A stretch of DNA of 64,000 nt from Planctomycetota bacterium (GTDB lineage Bacteria; Planctomycetota; SZUA-567; H5-PLA8): positions 32,001 through 96,000 of the forward strand of contig JBBRPR010000007.1 in NCBI GenBank assembly GCA_038227875.1. The letters are read 5' to 3'. The translations under genes were made by a program, and so were the position numbers. The notes under the pieces were generated by a model that made no database searches, was not told the origin of the DNA, and worked only from the letters and a program-made list of their open reading frames with translations. Below, one piece after another: positions 46,654 through 58,170 of this stretch (position 1 is the first letter of the stretch; the number at the start of each line of letters is the position of its first letter).

Positions 46654-47220
46654 TCATTCCTTCTCGCTCTGCCCCCGGAAATGGCTGTCCTTGTTTCCGA
46701 AGAGCGCATTGAATGTGGTGAGGCTTCCGTAGCAGCGCGTGATGTATCCTTCCATCTCGATTTTTTCTTCCGGCGTCAGCACGGTGTGCGCGTTGATTTT
46801 CTGCTCCAGGACGCGCAGCTTGTCGCGGATTCCAATGATCTTCTTGAAGAACATTTCGATCGGAATTTCGTGCGGGCGCGTGTCTTCCTTGCCAGGCATG
46901 ATCTTGACCGTGCCGCCGACCCAACGTTTGCCGAGTTCCAGATCGACATCAAGAAACCCGTGATCGCCGAGAACTTCCTGGACGGCCTGCTTGATGCGGT
47001 CGAACTCCGGATCGCTCGAGAGCTGCTCGGGCTTCAGCAATTCGAATGTGAATGCGACGCGTTTCACTTCGCCGCCCTTGAACATCACGACGTAGGAATC
47101 GCCTTCGTACGTGACTACGCGGCCGCTCCCAAAATGCGGGTGGCTTACGACGGAGCCGACGCCAAACTTCGGCTTGTGCGACGGCGCGGCGGACGAAGAC
47201 ATGGGAACAAAATCGGACAT
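46654..47220 (-). CDS. Conserved hypothetical protein
   Basis: SH3-like GSVVSHPHFGSGRV N-terminus; FFKKII..RDKLRVLEQKIN..YITRCYGSLTTFN; SD GGAGG. Confidence 0.8.
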   Translation of the reverse strand: MSDFVPMSSSAAPSHKPKFGVGSVVSHPHFGSGRVVTYEGDSYVVMFKGGEVKRVAFTFELLKPEQLSSDPEFDRIKQAVQEVLGDHGFLDVDLELGKRWVGGTVKIMPGKEDTRPHEIPIEMFFKKIIGIRDKLRVLEQKINAHTVLTPEEKIEMEGYITRCYGSLTTFNALFGNKDSHFRGQSEKE

Positions 47221-47259
47221 CGGTCATCCCTCCTTCGTGAGCGGCTTTGAGCTGACCCT

Positions 47260-47314
47260 GGTACAAATTTGTGCCGAGGTCATGAAGACCATATGGCAAA
47301 TTTGCCATGTGGTC
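47260..47314. promoter_or_regulatory. Two near-perfect palindromes sharing a CAAATTTG core
   Basis: GGTACAAATTTGTGCC (47260-47275) and GACCATATGGCAAATTTGCCATGTGGTC (47287-47314). Confidence 0.45.
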
Positions 47315-47344
47315 AAAATTCAGCAGGGGCAGGACCCATTGGTC

Positions 47345-48892
47345 CTACGCTGAATCGCCGAGCAATGATTCAACTTTCTTCATCAGCCCTGGAATGTCGT
47401 GCACCTCGGCCTCACCGTGAATCGGAAGTCCGGCTTCCGTCATCGCTTTGCTCGTGATCGGGCCGATCGACAGGCACTTCAACCGTGGCGAGGCGAGCGC
47501 GGCCTTCAAGCGCTCCGGGCCGAGGATCGACGCGAAATTCCGCGCCGTCGATGCCGACGTAAACGTCACCGCATCCACGTCGTGACGCTCGAGCGCGGCG
47601 AGCGCATCTTCCTGGCCCGCGGTCTCGAGCACCGTGCGGTAGGCGGCGATCTCGGTGACCTCCCCGCCCTCTTTGCGCAGCTCGGCGGGAAGATCGCTAC
47701 GGGCGATGTCGGCGCGCGGCAGCAGGAAGCGCTTGCCGCTGATCTGCCCCTGCTGCTTCAGCGTGGAGGCGATCGACTCGGCGACGAACTCCGGCGGAAT
47801 CAGGTCGGCGCGGATCCCCTTCTCAAGTAGTCGATCCGCGCTGGCGTCGCCGACGACCGCGACTTTCGCTCTAACCGCGCGCGCGTCGAGATTGCGACGT
47901 CCGAGTTCTTTGAAGATGGCATCGACACCGTTGACGCTGGTCAGCACTACCCAATCGAATTTTCCGGCGACGAGCGTGTCGACGGCGGCCTGCAGCTCCG
48001 GCGTGCGCGAAAATTCGATGCGGATGGCCGGGAATTCGTACACGGAGGCGCCGCGCGTCCGCAATCCGTCGGCGAGGTCGCTGGCCTGAGCTCGCGCGCG
48101 CGTGACGACGATGCGCTTGCCGTGAAGCGGCCGGGTTTCGAAAAAGTTTAGCTTGTCGCGGAGTGAAATCACGTCGCCGATGACCGTGAGCGCCGGCGCC
48201 TGGATTTTCATCTCGCGTGCGACACGCTCGATGGTTTCCAGCGTCCCGGTCGCGGTGCGCTGGCGCGGCGTCGTGCCCCACTCGATCACCGCGGCGGGCG
48301 TCTGCGGCGAGCGGTGCTTCGACAACTCGCCGGCAATCCGCCCAAGATTTTTGACGCCCATATAAAAGCAGAGCGTCCCGATCTTGGCCAGAGAGGCCCA
48401 GTCGAGCATGGTTTCCGGCTTGGTCGGATCTTCGTGGCCGGTGACAAAGGCGACAGCGCTGGCATGTTCGCGGTGCGTGACAGGAATTCCGGCGTACGCG
48501 GGCGCGGCAATTCCAGCGGTTACGCCGGGAATAATTTCGACCCGGACGCCGCGCTCGATCAGGAACAGCGCCTCCTCGGCGCCACGCCCAAAGAGGTAGG
48601 GATCGCCGCCCTTGAAGCGCAGGACGCTTCGACCACTTTGCGCTTTTTCAGCCAGAAGCTTATTGATGTCCGGCTGTTCCACAGCGTGCTGCGCGCCGCG
48701 CTTGCCGACGTAAATCTTTTCGGCGCCGGGGTTCGCGAGTGCAAAAATTTCCGGCGAGACCAATGCGTCATAAACGATGCAGTCGCACCATTCGAGCAGC
48801 TCGCGCGCACGCACGGTCAGTAACTTGGGGTCACCTGGACCCGAGCCGGCAAGGTAAACCGTGCCGGGGAGGACGTCGCTTCGCTTATTCAT
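47345..48892 (-). CDS. cobA: Uroporphyrinogen-III C-methyltransferase / uroporphyrinogen-III synthase fusion (CobA-HemD)
   Basis: GSGPGDPKLLT, KGGDPYLFGRG and IPGVTA; HemD part VVTRARAQA, LTSVNGV, FTSASTA and SIGPIT. Confidence 0.93.
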   Translation of the reverse strand: MNKRSDVLPGTVYLAGSGPGDPKLLTVRARELLEWCDCIVYDALVSPEIFALANPGAEKIYVGKRGAQHAVEQPDINKLLAEKAQSGRSVLRFKGGDPYLFGRGAEEALFLIERGVRVEIIPGVTAGIAAPAYAGIPVTHREHASAVAFVTGHEDPTKPETMLDWASLAKIGTLCFYMGVKNLGRIAGELSKHRSPQTPAAVIEWGTTPRQRTATGTLETIERVAREMKIQAPALTVIGDVISLRDKLNFFETRPLHGKRIVVTRARAQASDLADGLRTRGASVYEFPAIRIEFSRTPELQAAVDTLVAGKFDWVVLTSVNGVDAIFKELGRRNLDARAVRAKVAVVGDASADRLLEKGIRADLIPPEFVAESIASTLKQQGQISGKRFLLPRADIARSDLPAELRKEGGEVTEIAAYRTVLETAGQEDALAALERHDVDAVTFTSASTARNFASILGPERLKAALASPRLKCLSIGPITSKAMTEAGLPIHGEAEVHDIPGLMKKVESLLGDSA

Positions 48893-49037
48893 GGACCCGC
48901 GAGATTACAGCGAATAAAAAAAACTTCCTGTTCAATATTTTTCTGACGTTCTCTTTCTTTGCATTCTTTCCACAAATCCTGCATGATAAGCGCCTGTCGG
49001 TTTTCCCCATCTTAGAGTGTCTGGCAGGAGGCGCGTT

Positions 49038-50494
<1,457 letters not shown>

Positions 50495-50495
<1 letters not shown>

Positions 50496-51577
50496 TGACC
50501 AAGAAATCGCTGACCTACAAGGACGCCGGTGTGGACATCCATGCCGGAGACGCGATCGCCGAGAACATCGGGCGGATGGCCAAGAGCACCTACGGGCCTG
50601 AAGTCCTCGGCGGCATCGGTGGATTTGCCGGCATGTTTTCGATGGGCGGTGAAGTCAACCTGCTGCGCGGTTCGTACCGCGATCCGGTGCTGGTCGCCTG
50701 CACCGACGGCGTAGGCACGAAACTCAAAATCGCCTTCATGGCCAACAAGCACGACACCGTCGGCATCGATCTGGTGGCGATGTCGGTCAACGACTTGATT
50801 GTGCAGGGCGCCGAGCCGCTCTTCTTTCTCGACTACATCGGCATCGAAAAGAAAGACCCCGGCGTCTGCGAGCAGTTGATGAAGGGCGTCGTCGAAGGCT
50901 GCAAACAATCCAAGTGCGCGCTGCTGGGCGGCGAGACCGCGTCGCTGCCGGCGATGTACGCGAAGGGCGAATACGACCTCGCCGGTTTTTGCGTCGGCGT
51001 GGTGGAACGCGCGAAGATCATCGACGGCAAAAAAGTCTCGGCCGGCGATGTGGTCATCGGCATCCATTCGTCGGGACTGCATTCCAACGGCTACAGCCTC
51101 GTCCGCAAAGCGCTGCTGGAAACCGCTGGCATGTCGCTCGACCAGCACGTCCCGGAACTCGGCTGCACGCTCGTCGAAGAACTGCTAAAGCCTACGCACA
51201 TTTACGCCACGGCCGTCCACGCCGTGCTGCATCATTACCGCGTCAAAGAAAACGTCCACGCGATGGCGAACATCACTGGTTCGGGCCTGCCCGGAAACAT
51301 TCCCCGCACGGTCCCCAACGGCATGATCGTGCGCATCAAAAAAGGCTCGTGGAAAGTTCCGGCGATTTTCGAACTCATCCAGAAGGCCGGCAACGTCAAA
51401 GAAGCCGAGATGTTCGACACCTTCAACATGGGCATCGGCCTGACGCTGATCTGCAACGAATTCAACGCGAAAGTGATCCAGGGCATTTTCCAGGACAACG
51501 GCTACGGCAGCGACGTGATCGGCACCGTGGAAGCTGGACCGAACCCGGAAGCGGAAGCGATTGTCCGGCTGGACTAG
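50495..51577 (+). CDS. purM: Phosphoribosylformylglycinamidine cyclo-ligase
   Basis: TYKDAGVDI, TDGVGTK, GGETA, SSGLHSNGYS and TFNMGIG; TAATG coupling to purF. Confidence 0.96.
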
Positions 51578-51655
51578 CGTTCTCTAGTCTCGCGCTAAGG
51601 CGCAAAGAACGGCGGGGTTCGGGAATCCCGCTCGTAGTCTGGTCTTGGCGAGTGA

Positions 51656-51865
51656 CTACCCGCCCGGCTTATGGTGCGTCCACTCCAGCCGGCATTCGCC
51701 ACATTTCAGCGCGCCGTAGATCTGGTAGTACGACGTGTAGCCCGTCGACGTATCGGACTTGGTCTGCGTGTAGACGTCGTGAATGTGTGCGTGGTCCTTG
51801 CACAGTCCCCGGCCGCACGCGCGGCACGTGCCTTTCGCTTCCTTCTCGCAAAACCAGCAGGTCAT
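51656..51865 (-). CDS. Small zinc-finger protein
   Basis: CWFC..C..CGRGLC..H and a C-terminal CGEC. Confidence 0.75.
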   Translation of the reverse strand: MTCWFCEKEAKGTCRACGRGLCKDHAHIHDVYTQTKSDTSTGYTSYYQIYGALKCGECRLEWTHHKPGG

Positions 51866-51921
51866 GAGCTCTACCCTCGTCCCCGCGCCCTGATGAAATC
51901 CTACGAACTCCCCATTGCACG

Positions 51922-52761
51922 TCAAAAGGCCTTCTCAATCTCCAGCTTGTCGCCCGACGGATTTTTCATGCGCACGGCCAGCGCGGTCGGATCGTGATTC
52001 AGCAGCACCAGCGTGTTGTTGGCCACGCATTCGGCGAAGAGTTTGCGCTTCATCTCCAGTGTCTCGATCGGGAAGAGATCGTAGGCCATGATCCAAGGCA
52101 AATGGCGGTGCGCGGTGGTCGGCATCATTTCACCGATGAACATCGCCTTCTGCCCGCCCGATTCGATCCGCACGCCAACGTGGCCGGCGGTATGGCCGCC
52201 GGTGCGAAAAAGCGAGATTCCCGGCACCACTTCCAGCGTGTCCTCGAAGGTTTCAAAACCGCAGTCGGCTTCGATCGGCGCGATGTTGTTGAGAAAATAC
52301 GTGCCGCGCTGAATCTCGTTCGGCCGCCGCGCGACTTCCAGTTCGCGGCGCTCGACGATATGTCGCGCGTTGACGAAAACCGGCTCGGCAACGCCGCGCG
52401 AATTGAGTTGCGTGTTCCAGCCGGCGTGATCGAGATGCAGATGCGAATGGATCAGGATGGTGACATCTTCGGGCTTCACGCCCTGCGCCGCGAGTTCTTC
52501 GAGCAGGCGCGGACGTGGATCGATGTCGTAGATGTCGCGCTGCTTCTCGTTCCACTTTCGCCCCAGCCCGCAGTCGATCAGGATGACTTCCTTGCCTGCC
52601 CGAATCAGCGGGCAGTTGCAGGCCAGGAGCATGCGGTTGCGCGCGTCCGCCTCGCGTTCGCGTGTCCAGAGCGGCTTGGGCACGATGCCAAACATCGCGC
52701 CGCCGTCCAGGCGGAACGTGCCGTCGGTGAGGAGTTGGATTTCGAAGTCGCCGAGTTGCAT
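51922..52761 (-). CDS. MBL-fold metallo-hydrolase (YtnP-like)
   Basis: LDGGAMFGIVPK, SHLHLDHAG and GGHTAGH motifs. Confidence 0.93.
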   Translation of the reverse strand: MQLGDFEIQLLTDGTFRLDGGAMFGIVPKPLWTREREADARNRMLLACNCPLIRAGKEVILIDCGLGRKWNEKQRDIYDIDPRPRLLEELAAQGVKPEDVTILIHSHLHLDHAGWNTQLNSRGVAEPVFVNARHIVERRELEVARRPNEIQRGTYFLNNIAPIEADCGFETFEDTLEVVPGISLFRTGGHTAGHVGVRIESGGQKAMFIGEMMPTTAHRHLPWIMAYDLFPIETLEMKRKLFAECVANNTLVLLNHDPTALAVRMKNPSGDKLEIEKAF

Positions 52762-52813
52762 GGGGGAATTATGGGGGAAGGCTCAGGAATTTTCCACGCA
52801 CCAATTGTTGCGA

Positions 52814-52971
52814 ACAGATGGGATCGGGGATCGGACATCAGGCATCGGTCGTTCGGGAAACAAATCCGCGTGAATAGTTCGTCTTCCACAACCCATCTTC
52901 AGAAGGGGCCATTTGTCCGATAGGCATTCCAATCGACCGATGCCAGATGCCCGACCCCCGATCCCATCTGT
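52814..52971. repeat. 38-bp imperfect inverted repeat with heptamer-like periodicity
   Basis: ACAGATGGGATCGGGGATCGGACATCAGGCATCGGTCG (52814-52851) versus the reverse complement at 52934-52971, 3 mismatches. Confidence 0.8.
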
Positions 52972-52982
52972 ACGGCAGTTCC

Positions 52983-53759
52983 TCACCACGTCCCGAAAAG
53001 CGTCCGCGCATTCTCCGTGGTGATCCGCCGGATCGCCTCCGTCGTCGTGCCTCGAACCTCGGCCAGCGTGGTGACGATGGCGGTCATGAAGGACGGTTCG
53101 TTGCGGCGCTGGTTGCGGAAACCTTGCGGCGAGAGGAACGGGCAATCTGTTTCGAGCAGCAGTCTGTTCTCCGGCATCACGGCGATGGCTTCGCGAATCG
53201 CCGTTGACTTGGGAAAGGTGACGATGCCGCCGAGGCCGAAGTAGAGATCCAGTTCCATCGCACATTTGGCGTGATCCACCGACGCGGTGAAACAGTGCCA
53301 GACGCCGCGCAGTGGCCGCTTGAGGCGATCGCGTTCCAGCGCGAGCATCCCCAGCATTTCGTTCTCCGCATTGCGGCAGTGGAGAATAAAAGGCAGATTT
53401 TCATCCGCGGCGACGGTCAAGTGAGTGAGAAACGATTCGACCTGTTTCTCGCGCGGCGCGGTCTCGCGGTAAAAATCGAGGCCCGTTTCGCCGATGGCGA
53501 CCACGCGTTTGTTCTTCACCGTCTTGCGCAGTTCGTCGCCCATCGCCGTGTTGTACGCCTGGGCATGATTGGGATGCACACCCACCGCTACCCGCAACGA
53601 CGGATACATCTCCGCAATATCGAGCGTGCGGTACCAGTCTTCCGGCTCGGTGGCCACGGAGATAAAGGCGACAACTCCGGCGTCTGTTGCTCGCTGGATC
53701 ACCGCGGCGCGGTCGCCGTTGTAGTCGGGGAAGCTGAGGTGGCAGTGCGTGTCAATCAT
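52983..53759 (-). CDS. tatD: TatD family hydrolase
   Basis: IDTHCHL, GVHP, IGETGLD, HCR, HCF and LETDCPFL motifs. Confidence 0.93.
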   Translation of the reverse strand: MIDTHCHLSFPDYNGDRAAVIQRATDAGVVAFISVATEPEDWYRTLDIAEMYPSLRVAVGVHPNHAQAYNTAMGDELRKTVKNKRVVAIGETGLDFYRETAPREKQVESFLTHLTVAADENLPFILHCRNAENEMLGMLALERDRLKRPLRGVWHCFTASVDHAKCAMELDLYFGLGGIVTFPKSTAIREAIAVMPENRLLLETDCPFLSPQGFRNQRRNEPSFMTAIVTTLAEVRGTTTEAIRRITTENARTLFGTW

Positions 53760-53766
53760 GTGAGGC

Positions 53767-54744
53767 TCATGCGCTCTTCGTTTTTGAACTCTTTTGTTTC
53801 TGAAAACTGAACACGGTTTTCAGTTTCGGAATTCCTGTCGTCGCACCGATGGCCTGAACGCATTGCGCACTGACGGCATTTCCCAGCCGCGCGGCGTCCT
53901 GCGGCGCTTCGCCACGCAGCAGACCGGCAAGCAATCCGGCCATGAAACAATCGCCGGCGCCGCAGGTGTCGACGCACTTCACTTTATAGCACGGGATTTC
54001 AAAATAGCCTGCATCGGAGAGCACCGCGCAGCCCTTGTCGCCGAGTTTCACGCCGGCAATCTTGACGCCGAACTTGCGCAGCGCGTTGCAAATCTTGCGC
54101 GGGTCGGTCTCGCCGGTGATCGCCGTTGCTTCGACTTCCGACGGAAAGAGCACGTCCAGATACGGGTAACTGGGCTCCAGCAGCGCGCGCCATTCCTTCG
54201 GCGTGAAGCGGTCGTTGATCGCCGTGTCGGCGGCCGTCTTTGCGCCTGCTTTCTTCGCGGCCTTCAGGACCTGCGCCAGATCCTTGCCATGCAGTCCCGG
54301 CAGCAACGCCAGTCCGCCGACGCAGACCCACTTCGCGCCCGTGAACAACGATGTGTCGATGTCCTTCGGCCCGAACGTGGCGTTGGCGGCCATGGTGTGC
54401 AGGATGCGGCGGTTGCCGTGCTTGGGCACCATCACAAAGGAGAACGATGTCGCATCGGCACGCGACCGGCGCAGGCCGCGGATGTCGACGCCATGTGCGG
54501 ACAGCTCACGCGCCACGTAATCGCCGAGTCCATCGGTGCCGATCTTGGCGACGAGGCCCACGTTCAGGCCGAGTTTGGCCAGCGCCAGCGATGTATTGTT
54601 GGCGCAGCCGCCGAGATGCATCTCGACGCGGTCGAACAACGCCAGTGCACCCTCATCGGGAATGCTGTCGACGTACACGCCCACGGCATCGACGACCACG
54701 TTGCCCAGACAGACAATGTCCAATCGCTTTGCGGCTTTGCCCAC
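53767..54744 (-). CDS. PfkB family carbohydrate kinase
   Basis: GGCANN, KIGTDGLG, KLGDKG and DTCGAGDCF motifs. Confidence 0.93.
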   Translation of the reverse strand: MGKAAKRLDIVCLGNVVVDAVGVYVDSIPDEGALALFDRVEMHLGGCANNTSLALAKLGLNVGLVAKIGTDGLGDYVARELSAHGVDIRGLRRSRADATSFSFVMVPKHGNRRILHTMAANATFGPKDIDTSLFTGAKWVCVGGLALLPGLHGKDLAQVLKAAKKAGAKTAADTAINDRFTPKEWRALLEPSYPYLDVLFPSEVEATAITGETDPRKICNALRKFGVKIAGVKLGDKGCAVLSDAGYFEIPCYKVKCVDTCGAGDCFMAGLLAGLLRGEAPQDAARLGNAVSAQCVQAIGATTGIPKLKTVFSFQKQKSSKTKSA

Positions 54745-54774
54745 GATTCGTTACGCCTCCCGAAATGGTCCGAT

Positions 54775-55137
54775 TCAAAACGCGCCTGCAAGAATTCCAG
54801 ATTCCGTAATCACACCTTTACTAGCCAGAATCCAAACCACGTCGAAACGGCAGTCTGGAGGAACTTTGGATTTCAAATGCTTCATCAAAAACCATTCCGC
54901 CGCGCGTCGGACTTTATTCTGCTTGGACGGCGTCACAGTTTCCGCCGGCGAGCCGTGGCTGATGCTTGAACGCGCCCGGACTTCCGTAAAGACCAGCGTC
55001 TTGCCGTGCCACGTCACTAGATCCAATTCACCGATGGGGCAGACGAAATTCCGCGCGACCAGTGTGTCGCCCCGTTTCTTGAGCAACCCCCAGGCATGTT
55101 CTTCGCCCGCCGGGCCAAGTTTTTTGAGATCGCCCAT
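54775..55137 (-). CDS. yraN: YraN family protein
   Basis: G..GE..A, RNF..GELDLV, FTEVRAR and CRFDVV motifs. Confidence 0.92.
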   Translation of the reverse strand: MGDLKKLGPAGEEHAWGLLKKRGDTLVARNFVCPIGELDLVTWHGKTLVFTEVRARSSISHGSPAETVTPSKQNKVRRAAEWFLMKHLKSKVPPDCRFDVVWILASKGVITESGILAGAF

Positions 55138-55234
55138 CGGCTTACGCGTCTCTATTTAAGATTTGCCCCGTGGCACATGCTTGTATGGCGGTTATAGTTC
55201 AAGTCGCGGGGGTTTCCACGTCAGGGGTGCGGTG

Positions 55235-56518
55235 ATGAACGGATCGGCCAAACGACGTCTAGTTCTTGCCTTACAAGCCACGCTGCTGCTGGCGTTTGTC
55301 GCCGGCGCTCATGCCGAAGACGGTGCCTCGCGCGCAGCGAAAGCCGGCGCGCTGGCGACGGTCAACGGGCAGCGCGTGCTCCATATATATGGCGGCGACA
55401 TCAAAGAGCGCGGCTTCGCGCATGGTTATCTGCTCGCCGAACAGATCCGCGACGATTTCGATGCCGCGATGAAGAGCCTGCCGTACTTCAGCGGCCAAAA
55501 ATTCGAAACCATGCTCGTCCCGTTCGCGCAATCGCGCTTTGAATGGGACGCTGACAGCACCGCGGAACTCGATGGCATCTACGAAGGCATGCTGGCTCGA
55601 TTGGGCGATGCGGGAATGAAGTCGGCGGTGCTGGAGCGGCCGTACAACCGCAAGGATATCGCGGCCATCAACGTGATCGCCGATTACTTTGGCCCGGCGT
55701 GTTCGGGTTTCGCTGTCTGGAATTCGCGGACCGAAGGCGGCGCCGTGGTGCACGGCCGCAACTTGGATTTCCCGATCGGCCGCAAGCCGGTCTCCGATCA
55801 GGTTCTGTTCGTGACCGACGCGTTGCCCAAACGCGACGCCGCTCCCGCGCGGATGCAGTGGATCTGCCTGGGTTGGCCGGGCTTGATCGTGCAGTTTTCC
55901 GGCATGAACAGCGCCGGTCTCGTCGCGTGCATCCATGACGGCTACAACATCAATCACGGTGACAAGGGCAGCGGCTATGTCGCGCGCGGTTTGATGCTGC
56001 GGCGCATTCTGGAAAGCGTCGATCCTGCCGCATCCGAGCCCGCCGAAGCCGCCTCGAAAATCGTGGCGCAGAAGCCGACCGCCTGCGGCAACCTCTTTCA
56101 CCTCTCCTGGCCGTCCGCCGATGCGAAAAAATTCGGCGTTACGCCCAGCGCCGTGCTGGAGTTCGATCCCGCCGACCAGACGCCGAAAATCCGCCGCATG
56201 GACGCCTCCGATGCGCTGGTGGTGACCAATCATTTCCGCGTGCTCTGCACCCCCGTGGAATGCAAGCGCTACGACAACATCACCGATGGCCTGGAACTGT
56301 TGAAGAAGGCGAGCCGCAAAATCGGCCAGGGCGAAGCGCAGAAGCTGCTGATGGCCGCCGAACAACCCGTGGCCGCGCACTCCGTCTATTTCTACCCCGA
56401 CACCATGGAATTCCGCATCGCGCTGACCAAAGAGAACGTCATGTCGCCGCACGTGCCTCCAACGGCGTTCACGTTCAAAGCCCTGTTTGAACAGCCGACC
56501 GAACATGCATCGAAGTAG
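55235..56518 (+). CDS. Exported C45 family (Ntn-hydrolase) peptidase/acyltransferase
   Basis: Signal peptide; GFAHGYLL, autoprocessing A-CSGF, HGRNLDF, GMNSAGL and TNHF. Confidence 0.88.
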   Translation: MNGSAKRRLVLALQATLLLAFVAGAHAEDGASRAAKAGALATVNGQRVLHIYGGDIKERGFAHGYLLAEQIRDDFDAAMKSLPYFSGQKFETMLVPFAQSRFEWDADSTAELDGIYEGMLARLGDAGMKSAVLERPYNRKDIAAINVIADYFGPACSGFAVWNSRTEGGAVVHGRNLDFPIGRKPVSDQVLFVTDALPKRDAAPARMQWICLGWPGLIVQFSGMNSAGLVACIHDGYNINHGDKGSGYVARGLMLRRILESVDPAASEPAEAASKIVAQKPTACGNLFHLSWPSADAKKFGVTPSAVLEFDPADQTPKIRRMDASDALVVTNHFRVLCTPVECKRYDNITDGLELLKKASRKIGQGEAQKLLMAAEQPVAAHSVYFYPDTMEFRIALTKENVMSPHVPPTAFTFKALFEQPTEHASK

Positions 56519-56527
56519 CGCGTTTCC

Positions 56528-57550
56528 CTAAGTGGGGTCCCCCACCCACCGTTTCACACTTCCAGGTGCGAGAATTCGGGCGGCGTTGGTGAAGACGGCG
56601 TCGGGAAAACCGCGGGCGCGTTTGATGCTCACGTCGCGTTCCAGAAAGCTCCAGATCTTCGCCAGCGCGCGGACGCGACTCCAGCCCAGGACGAGCAGAT
56701 TCTCGTAGGCGCCCGGCGGCACGGGATAATCCGAGCCGTGGATCAGCTTCTCGACCACGCCTTCTTCGCGCAAGATGCGCGCGATCCAGCGTGTGCGGCC
56801 GGGCGTGCAGAAGGCCGAGGTGTCGCCCCAACAGTTGGGATACTTCCGAGCCAGCGCGCAGAAGTCGGGCATCCAATGTCCGTCGAAAATGCCGCTCTTG
56901 GTGCCGCAGTGCGCCATGATCACGACCACGCCGCGCTCGAGCGCCGGGATCATCATCTTCGGGTCGCCGAGCTCCGGGCGGATCACGCTGACCGTGTGTT
57001 CACCGCCGGTGTGGACAATCAGCGGCACGTTCTTCTTCACCAACAGATCGTAGAGCGGAAAGCAGCGCTTATCCTGCGGGTCCATACCCTGAGAATTGGG
57101 CAGCCACTTCAGCGCCGCGGCACCGCGCTCGATCCACTTGGCGACTTCGTCCAGCGCGTCTTTGCGATACGGATGGACGCTGGCCGCCGGGAGAAACTTG
57201 CCCTTCGCATTCTCACAGCACTGAAATGCGTACTCGTTGGGCACGTAAAGTTCCTGCCCGCGCTCCATAACGTCGCCAGATTCGGTGTAGATCCGTTCGT
57301 GCGCAAAGACGAGGGCGGCGTGGAGCGCTCCGTGATCTCGCGCCTCGCCAACATCGCGTTCGAGACGCTCGAGGTACGCCTGATCGAGCCGCTGCTGGCG
57401 GTGGGCATCGTAGATGCCGAGTTTCCAGCGCATCAGCTTGTAGAGCAGCGTCTCGAACTTCCGCGCGTCGATGAAACAGCCCGTGCCGCCGTGGCCCAAG
57501 CCCGCGAGATGGGTGTGCGCATCGATAATGGGGAGCACGGGGTCGGGCAT
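56528..57550 (-). CDS. Amidohydrolase family protein
   Basis: IDAHTH, ASVHPYR, KWLP, HTGGE, AHCG and GSDYP motifs. Confidence 0.92.
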   Translation of the reverse strand: MPDPVLPIIDAHTHLAGLGHGGTGCFIDARKFETLLYKLMRWKLGIYDAHRQQRLDQAYLERLERDVGEARDHGALHAALVFAHERIYTESGDVMERGQELYVPNEYAFQCCENAKGKFLPAASVHPYRKDALDEVAKWIERGAAALKWLPNSQGMDPQDKRCFPLYDLLVKKNVPLIVHTGGEHTVSVIRPELGDPKMMIPALERGVVVIMAHCGTKSGIFDGHWMPDFCALARKYPNCWGDTSAFCTPGRTRWIARILREEGVVEKLIHGSDYPVPPGAYENLLVLGWSRVRALAKIWSFLERDVSIKRARGFPDAVFTNAARILAPGSVKRWVGDPT

Positions 57551-57559
57551 CAGGACGAA

Positions 57560-58090
57560 CTACTTCGACCCGAAATTGGTCAATTGCATCGTCACCGCGC
57601 CGCGGTCGGAGGTGCCTTCCATTTTCACCATGCCGCCCAGGCCGATACCTTTGGCCATCCAGACTTTTCCGTCGATCGGCGTGCCGGCCTTACTTGTGCC
57701 TTTGTAATGCATCCAGTGCGCGTCGTAGTCCTTACCGTTGACGGTGACTTTTTCGTCGCCTTCATCCACCTTCTCTACTTTCGCGTCGGGATCATTGACG
57801 CCGGGGTTGTAGGGTTTGTCGAGCGGAATGGTGATTTCGCGGCCGGGGACAGCGTGGCCCATGACGGAGATATCGGTCTTCACCGTGATGCTCTTCTCGT
57901 CCTTCGCGGTGACGGTGCGCTTCTGCGTCATCTCGACGTCGTGGCCTTTGGCACTGCCTTTCATGGAGTACTCAGCCCAGTCGCCGACCTTTGCGTCTTT
58001 CAGGCCGTTCGGCACGGCGTCTTCAGCACGGACGGCATTCAGCGACACAAGACACAGGACCAGCGCTGCAACCACGGTAGTCGATTTCAT
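57560..58090 (-). CDS. Hypothetical exported beta-rich protein
   Basis: Signal peptide; KVGDWAEY, EKVTVNGKDYDA and GGMVK. Confidence 0.8.
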   Translation of the reverse strand: MKSTTVVAALVLCLVSLNAVRAEDAVPNGLKDAKVGDWAEYSMKGSAKGHDVEMTQKRTVTAKDEKSITVKTDISVMGHAVPGREITIPLDKPYNPGVNDPDAKVEKVDEGDEKVTVNGKDYDAHWMHYKGTSKAGTPIDGKVWMAKGIGLGGMVKMEGTSDRGAVTMQLTNFGSK

Positions 58091-58170
58091 CGGAGTTCCT
58101 TTAGAGAGTCGGATTTTTAATGAGGTGCGGAATTATACGCGCCAGAGGACCGCGAACAAAGGTAGAAGCG

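Noticed and set aside
47345..48892. CobA-HemD fusion as a novelty
   Set aside because: A well-known fusion in many bacteria.
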